Source of the DNA: Alphaproteobacteria bacterium
GTDB lineage: Bacteria; Pseudomonadota; Alphaproteobacteria; RF32; CAG-239
Length of the DNA stretch: 64,000 nucleotides
NCBI GenBank assembly: GCA_017528205.1
Contig: JAFXPE010000032.1
Span: forward strand, 76,375 to 140,374
Direction of reading: 5' to 3'
This document shows, one piece after another, positions 48,305 to 56,338 of this stretch. Both the position numbers and the translations under genes were made by a program. The stretch's first letter is position 1, and the number at the start of each line of letters is the position of its first letter. The notes beneath the pieces were generated by a model. It was not told the origin of the DNA. It did no database searches and worked only from the letters and a program-made list of their open reading frames with translations.

Positions 48305-49062
48305 ATGGGAAAATCTCTGCCAAGATACAGAATCAGATGGAATTTGGTTAATACGCAATGGAAAAAAGTCACTATCAGATATTATGCAATAAGTGACGGT
48401 GATACTGGTGCGGTTTATACTCTGATATCTCCCAAAATAATAGCCGAGTGACAAAGAAGATTTGATGAGTTTTATCGGAGAAAAGTTGCCGAAACCGATT
48501 ATATAAAAGCTCTGAATGCCAAAAGTACTTGTATTGACTGCGGCGCCAATGTCGGAGATATATCGGAGATTATGGCCAAAACCGGGGCAAAAGTTTATGC
48601 CTTTGAGCCTAATCCTTTGTGTTTGGTCGGTTAGAGAAAATCTGTGAAAAATATAAAAATATCGAACTTATAAAAAAGGGTGTGGCGGCACAAAATACCA
48701 AATGTAAGCTGTATCATAGTGAATTTACGAAATATGATAAGGAAATTTTTTCCAGAAGCAGTTCGATATATGCAAATAAGAGTAACGTCGTTGCAGACAA
48801 TTATACGGAAATCGAATGCATAGACTTATGTGAATTTATCGATAATTTGAAAGAACCGGTAGATTTGCTGAAAATGGATGTTGAGGGTGCCGAATTTGAT
48901 ATTCTTTATAAGATGATAACACAGGGTACATATAAAAAAGTTAAAACGATCTTAGTTGAAAAACATGATGATGTAATTCCGGATATAGTTAAAAAAGCCG
49001 GCATCGTCAAAAAACTGATTCGGGAAAAAAATATTCAAAACATAGATTTGAATTGGCGCTAA
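48305..49062 (+). pseudogene. FkbM-family methyltransferase, disrupted
   Basis: IDCGANVG and VYAFEPNP lie in one frame; LLKMDVEGAE lies in another (1-nt loss near 48620-48625). In-frame TGA at 48449. Confidence 0.8.
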
Positions 49063-49087
49063 AATAAGCAATAATGAAGATAATCAA

Positions 49088-49687
49088 CTATTGCAGTTTA
49101 TATCCCAAATAAACCGTTGCCGGTTGCTTTTCCTGTTCAAACAGCGAGCACGGATATCCGGCTCTTTCTTCAGAAAACGGATAGTCCGGCGTTCCCGGAA
49201 AAGTCGTAACATAATCAAACCGACAACTGTTTTGAGCCAAGCACGAAAAATTCGGTGCCACGCCTATCCCGAAACCGGCAAATCGTGTGCTGCGAAGGTC
49301 ACCCCAATTATTGGTGGCAAGCGCGACACAGGCCTTTTTATCAATATTGGAAACTTCAAAAATTACTACTCCGAAATTATCAGTATATGCTTTGATTTTG
49401 GCATTATAAGCGGCCGAAACGGCATCGTTAACATAAGCAAGATTACTCGGCAAACCACCGGATTTATGCAAAAACAACAGGTAGTTTTGCTTATAATTAC
49501 CGGTTATGGCCGGCAAATTGTTGTGTTGTTTTGCCACGGTTTTGCCCAAATCGGAAATTTGAGCCTTCAAACTCGCAATTTGATTATGCTGCTTAATTTT
49601 GCCCAAACCCCAGAAAGCACCGACGCCCAGCAAAGCGATAAGCAACAAAATTTTTCCTTTAGAAATGTTTTTTTGATTATTTGCCAT
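49088..49687 (-). CDS. Membrane-anchored pilin-like protein
   Basis: N-terminal TM helix then amphipathic helix and KKACVALATNNWG motif with cysteines; no clear prepilin cleavage site. Confidence 0.45.
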   Translation of the reverse strand: MANNQKNISKGKILLLIALLGVGAFWGLGKIKQHNQIASLKAQISDLGKTVAKQHNNLPAITGNYKQNYLLFLHKSGGLPSNLAYVNDAVSAAYNAKIKAYTDNFGVVIFEVSNIDKKACVALATNNWGDLRSTRFAGFGIGVAPNFSCLAQNSCRFDYVTTFPGTPDYPFSEERAGYPCSLFEQEKQPATVYLGYKLQ

Positions 49688-49748
49688 ATTTTCCCCCTAA
49701 AATAACACCTATGAGCAGTTTATTTTGATTTTTTGCAAAGTCAAACTT

Positions 49749-50273
49749 TTATTTTTGTGGTTGGTTATTATCCTCGGTTTCGGCCTTTCGATATTTCAAA
49801 AACGAAAACAGATTGCTTAAAATTACGAATATTTCCAGCAGTCCGGCCCAGTTTTTTATGCTTATCTGATACGCCAGATAAGTAAAACAATTCAGCCCGC
49901 CGACCACGCGCATTTGTTGCGGCGGCAGCCACCAAATACAGAACAGCGTTATCGATACTGTCATAAACACCAAAATTGAGGAAATTCCGGCGTAAGTATA
50001 AAACAAAATGGCAAGATATATGCTTTGAAAAAAGATATATCCGAGCAGCCAGCGTTTATGTAAGCGCTCTTTGATGTTGGCAACTATCAGCATAACGAAA
50101 ACTGCCATAAAAATATAGGCTCCGCTCAGCGAATTCAAAAAATACAGCCCGACGGCGGTAAAAATTTTGGCCAGCAAGTCCAGCAGAAGCATCATTTTTT
50201 TATGCTTCATAAAGCGGCTTAAACAAAAGCACGCATAATTAAAAACCGTAAAAAAATATCCCAGCCAAATCAT
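49749..50273 (-). CDS. YgjV-family inner membrane protein
   Basis: Multi-TM with LSGAY and QQMRVVG..YLAYQI motifs. Confidence 0.6.
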   Translation of the reverse strand: MIWLGYFFTVFNYACFCLSRFMKHKKMMLLLDLLAKIFTAVGLYFLNSLSGAYIFMAVFVMLIVANIKERLHKRWLLGYIFFQSIYLAILFYTYAGISSILVFMTVSITLFCIWWLPPQQMRVVGGLNCFTYLAYQISIKNWAGLLEIFVILSNLFSFLKYRKAETEDNNQPQK

Positions 50274-50335
50274 CTTATTTTTCCCCCTATGAGGCAATTA
50301 TAAGGGCAAACGATTAAAAAAGTATAACAGAGAAT

Positions 50336-51508
50336 TTAAATCTTTGTTTGGTTGTTGTTTCTCATCATGGCCATGCTGGAATTTTGTGTCATAAACCGGT
50401 TAATTTCCCGTTTGGCTTCTTGAGTTAACAAAACATCCTCATAACTGTTAAGTCCGTGTTTTTCCTTAATTGTCCGAAAGGTATTGGCAACCTTCCCCAT
50501 ATTTACTTCGTTATCCGAGGATGACGGATACTGAACTTCCTGCTCCAGCGAAATACCGTTCATCTGCTTATAAACGATATCTTGCATAACGATCAGCTCT
50601 ATGGTTGGGGCCAGTTCATATAAATCGTTTCTTTCGTCTTTATCTCCGGGCATTCTTTGCATAATATGCCCCAATTCGTGCGCTTTTTGAATGGCCAACG
50701 GGCAGTATTTTCCGTCTTTTCCGTTTAATTTTCCCGGATCTACGTATAAATTCAAACCCCAGTTATTCCATTCATTATCCACATCATTTACAAATACGGC
50801 CGTGCGAAAATCGTTACTATATTGAAAAGTCGTATCTTTTTCGGTAATATGATAGGCATCAAGCTTATCTTTTAAGAGTTGTTCGGCAATTTTTTCGGCT
50901 TGTGGTGCATCTTTAGCATCAAGCATTTTGAACCGATTTTCGTTATTATACAACTGCCGACAAAAAGCCAAGGTATTAGGGTTAGCTTCTTGCGTAAGTT
51001 GCAGGAAAGCCGCTGCGTCTATCCCCAATAAATATGATTGTTCGTTGTATTTTCCCAAACCTTCGGAAGTGGGCAAAACTCCGTTATGTTTGACTATTTT
51101 CTTAAACGCCAAAAAAGTTTTGCGCACCAGCGGATTATTTAAATCAACCTCTTTATCCTTATTTTGCTCATAAAAAGATATGAGTTTACCATAAAAATCA
51201 TTTGCATCATGCGGCGTCTTTTCCAATATTTTGATGGCCTTTTCTGCCGTTAAATGAAAGTCGGCGGAAGATTTAGGAATGTATGTATATTCGCGGTTTT
51301 GCATTTGAGCATCATCCGAAAAAGGCATTGCCCTAGCGAAAGATAATGACATATCATCACGCTGAACCTGCGGAGCGTCATGTTTAAGCTCAACATCGGT
51401 CACTTTGGGGGAATCGGCAGTCTCTTGTGCCTGAGCATTCGCCGTCAGGGAGGACGCCCCAAACAGAATTGTCAGCCCCATAGCTTTTATTTTTTGTTTT
51501 ATATTCAT
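50336..51508 (-). CDS. Exported protein with HExxH zinc-metallopeptidase motif
   Basis: Signal-peptide-like N-terminus; AHELGHIMQ..ELAP. Confidence 0.6.
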   Translation of the reverse strand: MNIKQKIKAMGLTILFGASSLTANAQAQETADSPKVTDVELKHDAPQVQRDDMSLSFARAMPFSDDAQMQNREYTYIPKSSADFHLTAEKAIKILEKTPHDANDFYGKLISFYEQNKDKEVDLNNPLVRKTFLAFKKIVKHNGVLPTSEGLGKYNEQSYLLGIDAAAFLQLTQEANPNTLAFCRQLYNNENRFKMLDAKDAPQAEKIAEQLLKDKLDAYHITEKDTTFQYSNDFRTAVFVNDVDNEWNNWGLNLYVDPGKLNGKDGKYCPLAIQKAHELGHIMQRMPGDKDERNDLYELAPTIELIVMQDIVYKQMNGISLEQEVQYPSSSDNEVNMGKVANTFRTIKEKHGLNSYEDVLLTQEAKREINRFMTQNSSMAMMRNNNQTKI

Positions 51509-51595
51509 TTCAGCTTTCCATTTATTGAAGGATATTTTAACATTTTTTATCGTTTTATACAACAAATATTTTCACACCGCCGTCACCGGACTTTG

Positions 51596-51675
51596 TTATC
51601 CGCATTATGTTTTGGAACGCAAGGTTTGAGTAATTTGCAAAAAATATTGACTTTTGTCTATTTTGAGGGTAGAGT
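51596..51675 (+). repeat. Duplicated GNAT-gene 3' end plus promoter
   Basis: Near-identical to 53976-54054; encodes YPHYVLERKV* then TTGACT-17-TAGAGT. Confidence 0.85.
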
Positions 51676-51710
51676 AAGATTATAAAATATTTCTCAGCAA
51701 GGAGGCCGAA

Positions 51711-52646
51711 ATGTCCGAATATGATGAATTCAGAAAGTACGAATACGTGGAAGAACTTGATTTTGACCACGGTCCGGAGATGGTTCGAAGAGAGATAAGT
51801 CCGGCCCAAGCCATAAAATCGGGGTATACCGTTGACCACGCCAAAGAATTTGCTGTTTGGGACGACATATGCCACGACGGCGACTATTTGAAAGAAAAAA
51901 TTTGGGATACGGCTCAACTTTGGGGAGCTTATATGGAAGAAGAAATAAAAAATTCTCCCGACCATAAGTTAACCAAACGAATAATCGACGGCACCGAAAG
52001 CCTGATGTATGAGTGGAATTCTTATTATGACGGTTGGGGAAGCGGTAGCATACCCGCGATATTGGCAACAACGTGGAAATACGGCGAAGAATTTGCCAAA
52101 CTGAATCCGGCCGCTTTAGATTTTAAAAAGGTTAAATTTTTCAGAACTGCAACCGATGACGATGCGCGGCTTCTTAATATGAAATTCGATGCAGAAAAAA
52201 GCAAAACGCCAAAAGTCAGAGCCGAGTATTTGGCCGATATTTTAAGAGAGCCGGAAAATCTCAAATATCTGCAAAAACTGGCGGAAAAAGAAAATTTGTC
52301 GGAAGCGGAAATTTTCGGCAGACCACTGACTGAAATTGTACCGACGCTGGCATTTAAGTCCGAAAAAAGCGCCGCCGGAATGTTGCACATTTTAGAATTG
52401 ACGGAAAAAATTATGGCGGAAAAATTACTTCGTTCAAACGAAAAATTTGCGCAACTGCGGCGTAAAATTGCCAAAGAAGCGGAAAATAAAGCCAACGAGG
52501 TTTTCCATAAAAAAGAAGCACCGGACAGCGGTAAAAGACCGATTAAAGCCGACCAAATAAATGGCGATGCGGCTAACGATATGCTTTATAACAAAATTTA
52601 CATGAGCAAATTGCAAGACTTGAAAGCAAAGGAACCGAAAAAATAA
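51711..52646 (+). CDS. Hypothetical protein
   Basis: AAGGAGG RBS; WGAYMEEE..TWKYGEEFAK motif. Confidence 0.8.
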   Translation: MSEYDEFRKYEYVEELDFDHGPEMVRREISPAQAIKSGYTVDHAKEFAVWDDICHDGDYLKEKIWDTAQLWGAYMEEEIKNSPDHKLTKRIIDGTESLMYEWNSYYDGWGSGSIPAILATTWKYGEEFAKLNPAALDFKKVKFFRTATDDDARLLNMKFDAEKSKTPKVRAEYLADILREPENLKYLQKLAEKENLSEAEIFGRPLTEIVPTLAFKSEKSAAGMLHILELTEKIMAEKLLRSNEKFAQLRRKIAKEAENKANEVFHKKEAPDSGKRPIKADQINGDAANDMLYNKIYMSKLQDLKAKEPKK

Positions 52647-52718
52647 TCCGATTGCTTATCAAAAAAGCACAAATAAAGAAAAGTGCATATAATGAGCCGC
52701 AGTTTTTTTATGCTGAAT

Positions 52719-53435
52719 CTAGCTGATTTTCAGATTATATTCATAAAAAGTTTCCAGCGGCTTAAAGCCCAGCTTTTTATAAATAATAAGCCCTAAGTCG
52801 GAGGCGGTAAGAAGGAATTTATGGTGCTTGTGACTGATTTCGTGATTCAATGTCAGCACCGTTACTTCCGTTCCGTAACCCAGTTTTCGGTATTCTGGCA
52901 AAACCCCTACCCAATAAACGGCGGAATATCCGGCGCCGCGAATAACTTGAGATACTCCGACCGGAGTTTTGCCTTTATAAAAGATAAAATAGTCGGCATA
53001 TTTTTTTCTTAAATCTGCTTTGAACGATTCATAAATAAAATCGGCGTCATATTTATCATATATCTGAGCGGCAACTTGGCCCCACAAAATTAAATCTTCT
53101 TTGCTTTTTACGGTTTTGAAAGTCAATTTGCCGCCGGTTTTAAACGGCAGTTTTTGCTCCAATCCGTAAACAATATCTTTTTCAGAAAACTCCAAAATGT
53201 CGGGATATTTTTTATGTAAATTTTCCAACGGCGTGGTCAATACGGTTTTATAGTTTTGCGTTTCGTGAACAATGTTTTTAAACACGGTTTTATTGAATTT
53301 TTCGGCATAAGTCAGATTAAATCCGCCTTTGGCGGTCGGAAACGCCCACTTAAAATACATAACGCCATCTTTGATTTTGCAGGCGTTTTTTCTTTGTGTT
53401 CTCACTTCATACAGATTTTCCATATATTTTAACAT
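52719..53435 (-). CDS. GNAT N-acetyltransferase
   Basis: VGVLPEYRKLGYG and IYKKLGF motifs. Confidence 0.85.
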   Translation of the reverse strand: MLKYMENLYEVRTQRKNACKIKDGVMYFKWAFPTAKGGFNLTYAEKFNKTVFKNIVHETQNYKTVLTTPLENLHKKYPDILEFSEKDIVYGLEQKLPFKTGGKLTFKTVKSKEDLILWGQVAAQIYDKYDADFIYESFKADLRKKYADYFIFYKGKTPVGVSQVIRGAGYSAVYWVGVLPEYRKLGYGTEVTVLTLNHEISHKHHKFLLTASDLGLIIYKKLGFKPLETFYEYNLKIS

Positions 53436-53562
53436 TGCAACTTTCTCCGTTTGGGTTTTCTTATTGCATCATAAAGCAACAAAAATTATTATTTTGTAAA
53501 TTTTTAATAATTGACGTCGCACGCGGAATTTTTTATAAAAAAGTTATAAAAAGGAGGATAAA

Positions 53563-54009
53563 ATGGAAGATTACATAAAAAAAGCCGAGGTTGCCGATTG
53601 GCCTGATTTAATGATGATTTTTGACCGCTCGTTGCGCTCAACCGACGATTTATCCGACGATGATTGGAAAAAGCTTTATGAGCGGGTGATAACCTACTCT
53701 TACCCCAATTTTGATACATACATTTACGTTAAAAACGGCAAAAGTGTTGCTTACATCAGCTATTGGAAGGAGAAAAAGCTGATTAAAATGCTGTATGTTT
53801 TGCCGGAATATATCAATCAGGGTATCGGGCAAAAGCTGATTAAATATGTGATAAATAATTACAATGAGCCGATGACCATCGGGGTAAAAGCCGGCAACGA
53901 TATTGCCATGCATATTTATACCAAATTCGGGTTTGAAATAATCAAGGAAGAACAATACGACGCCTCCGGCATTTATTATCCGCATTATGTTTTGGAACGC
54001 AAGGTTTAA
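53563..54009 (+). CDS. GNAT N-acetyltransferase
   Basis: LYVLPEYINQGIG and N..A..IYTKFGF motifs. Confidence 0.88.
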   Translation: MEDYIKKAEVADWPDLMMIFDRSLRSTDDLSDDDWKKLYERVITYSYPNFDTYIYVKNGKSVAYISYWKEKKLIKMLYVLPEYINQGIGQKLIKYVINNYNEPMTIGVKAGNDIAMHIYTKFGFEIIKEEQYDASGIYYPHYVLERKV

Positions 54010-54087
54010 GCAATTTGCAAAAATCTTGACTTTTGTCTAATCGGCGAGTAGAATAAATCCATAGTCGGCAATACAAGGAGAATAATT

Positions 54088-54834
54088 ATGGCGCAAACAG
54101 AAGATAAAAAACAGCTTAAGAAAACGCTAGAGGAAAAATATGCGCAAACTTACGGCGAAAAAATTTCTTTTGCCGAGGTAAAACAAAACGGCAAATATTT
54201 GGTTGCCTTGCAAAGCAGCGGAAGCGAAGATTTCAAAATGGGCCCTGACCAAGTGCCTTATGAGCACAATTCGGCAACGTATTATATTTTGGACCCTGAA
54301 ACCGGCAAAGATACCAAAATGACCGTTCATTCGGAGGGCGAAAAAAATAAAACCCATCAAAATACGGAAATGAAAATTTTTGACGGTAAAGCGCTGGTTG
54401 CACATTTTGCGGTTTCCGATGCGTATATTGACACCGCCAACGTTGCCGAGCTGGCCAAAATCGTTAACGGCGCTTATCCGCAAGAAAAATACAGTGCCTA
54501 TTCTCCGCTGACGGAAAAGCTGTTTCTCGATTGGTTCCATTCCGAAGAAACGGTGCAGGTTATAGAGCAAAAAAAGCAAAAACACCTGCAAGCGGAACAA
54601 AGAGAGCTGAAAAGAGATTTGCGCATGGCGGAAGATTTTGTTATCAACTTTACCAACGGCAATTTTCCGAGCAACAAATTGGCCAAACTTCGCCATAAAA
54701 TGTCTCAATCCAAACCGGCCAAACTTTTGGGTAAGTTGGTGGGGAAAGATATTGAAAAAACACCGATTGGAACAGACTTGAAAGTATTGGAACGCATAGT
54801 TTCCAATGCCGTCTTGGGCAAAGATAAGGATTAA
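54088..54834 (+). CDS. Hypothetical protein
   Basis: AAGGAG RBS; promoter TTGACT-17-TAGAAT at 54026-54054. Confidence 0.8.
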   Translation: MAQTEDKKQLKKTLEEKYAQTYGEKISFAEVKQNGKYLVALQSSGSEDFKMGPDQVPYEHNSATYYILDPETGKDTKMTVHSEGEKNKTHQNTEMKIFDGKALVAHFAVSDAYIDTANVAELAKIVNGAYPQEKYSAYSPLTEKLFLDWFHSEETVQVIEQKKQKHLQAEQRELKRDLRMAEDFVINFTNGNFPSNKLAKLRHKMSQSKPAKLLGKLVGKDIEKTPIGTDLKVLERIVSNAVLGKDKD

Positions 54835-54849
54835 GCAGAAAGGGGATTT

Positions 54850-55734
54850 ATGATGAATAAATTTAAGGTAATCAGAGAAAGACCGGGATATTATAACGAC
54901 GGCGACGGCTCGGTTCAGGTTATTTGCGAGGCCGATGAATCCAAAAACGTTAAGATAACTCAAAATAACTGCTTTTTGAATGAAAAGCAAATTGTTAAGT
55001 TGTATGATTATTTGCAGAAAAACTCGAATATTAAATCAACTTACGTTCATAAAAACGGCTCCGGTTATGAAGGTCCGGATGCTGATTTCAGCGTATCTTT
55101 TTCTGATAAAAACGGCCATAAAGCGTCCGTATCTTTGGCCGAGTTGCCAAATGCCGAAAATCCGGAATTGATGGCGGCGATGGGAGTGGAAATCGGTGAG
55201 CAAAAAACGGCAGATAAACCCCAAAAAAAATTTGTTGTGCTGGAGGCTTCGGGATATCAAACCGACGGTGATCATATTTTGTTAATCAGAGATACTGAAA
55301 ACGGCGAGATAACCAAAGACGTCAGAATCAATAAAGGACACCAATTCAGCTCGTGCCAGTTGACGATTGACCAGATAATGAAAATATACGGTTGCTTAGA
55401 GGCCAATCAGGAAAATCGCACTTTTGTTGAAAAGAAAACCCAAGAGGATTCTCACTATACCTCAGACGAAAATTTGGTAATATATTGTAATCATAAGAAG
55501 CTTGCTTTATCCGAGCTTCCAAGTTACGAAAATGCGTTGCTGCGAAATTCGCTGGAAGCAAAATTCGGTGACCTCGAAAAAACATTCAAAGCAGAAGATA
55601 CGGAGCTTAAAAACAAAAGCACGCTTTCCAAACTCAGAGATAGAGTCTCAAAAAACGGAAAATCGAAATTTGCTAAAATCGGCATGATGGCAAGCATGCT
55701 TCTTTCTGCCATAAAAGATAACTCCAAAGAATAA
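54850..55734 (+). CDS. Hypothetical protein with an internal two-fold repeat
   Basis: KFKVIRERPGY..DGD..VKI..L..QI.K.Y..L..N..LAELP recurs as KFVVLEASGY.TDGD..VRI..L..QIMKIY..L..N..LSELP. Confidence 0.75.
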   Translation: MMNKFKVIRERPGYYNDGDGSVQVICEADESKNVKITQNNCFLNEKQIVKLYDYLQKNSNIKSTYVHKNGSGYEGPDADFSVSFSDKNGHKASVSLAELPNAENPELMAAMGVEIGEQKTADKPQKKFVVLEASGYQTDGDHILLIRDTENGEITKDVRINKGHQFSSCQLTIDQIMKIYGCLEANQENRTFVEKKTQEDSHYTSDENLVIYCNHKKLALSELPSYENALLRNSLEAKFGDLEKTFKAEDTELKNKSTLSKLRDRVSKNGKSKFAKIGMMASMLLSAIKDNSKE

Positions 55735-55744
55735 ACAAAAGATA

Positions 55745-56323
55745 ATGCACACCTATTTGATTATCGGCAACATTTTTTCATTTCTGTCGGCGGTTTGTAT
55801 CGCCGTTTCGGTTATCAAAAAAAATAAAAACGATTTGATATGGTGGCAAATTATTGATGTGATATTCTGCATTTTATCCAATATCGCATTATACACCTAT
55901 GCCGCCATGACCACCAACTCCGTGGCGTTAATTCGCAACATTTTGGCCTATAAAAACAAGCTGACTAAAAATCTGACCTGGATTTTGTGTGTTTTATGCG
56001 TGGTTGTCGGGCTTTGGGCCAACAATCGAGGGATAATCGGGTTGTTTCCGATTATTGCTTCGGCCAGTTATACGATTTTTATGTTCATTACCGAAAACGA
56101 ACAGCAAATGCGCTGGGCGCTGGTTTCTAATTTGATATTATGGTTGGTGCACGATATTTATGTACAAGCCTACCCTTCGGCCGTTACCGATTTGGTTTTA
56201 AGCGTTTGGACTGCCGTTCAGATATGGAAATACGGCTTGACTAAGGACGGATTTGGAAGCATAATTAAAGGTAAGCGGGCGGTTGAAGAGATTGTGCCGC
56301 CCAACCGTAAAGAAGAGCGGTAA
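55745..56323 (+). CDS. YgjV-family inner membrane protein
   Basis: Close paralog of 42048-42557. Confidence 0.7.
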   Translation: MHTYLIIGNIFSFLSAVCIAVSVIKKNKNDLIWWQIIDVIFCILSNIALYTYAAMTTNSVALIRNILAYKNKLTKNLTWILCVLCVVVGLWANNRGIIGLFPIIASASYTIFMFITENEQQMRWALVSNLILWLVHDIYVQAYPSAVTDLVLSVWTAVQIWKYGLTKDGFGSIIKGKRAVEEIVPPNRKEER

Positions 56324-56338
56324 AATCTGGAGGGACTA

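Noticed and set aside
48449-48451. Programmed TGA read-through (Sec/Trp recoding) in the FkbM gene
   Set aside because: TGA is used as a normal stop elsewhere in the window and the gene also has a frameshift, so decay is the simpler explanation.
54127-54990. 287-aa minus-strand ORF (similarly 28891-29553, 49091-49705, 60585-61193)
   Set aside because: Antisense shadows of well-supported genes, with no RBS or recognisable motifs.
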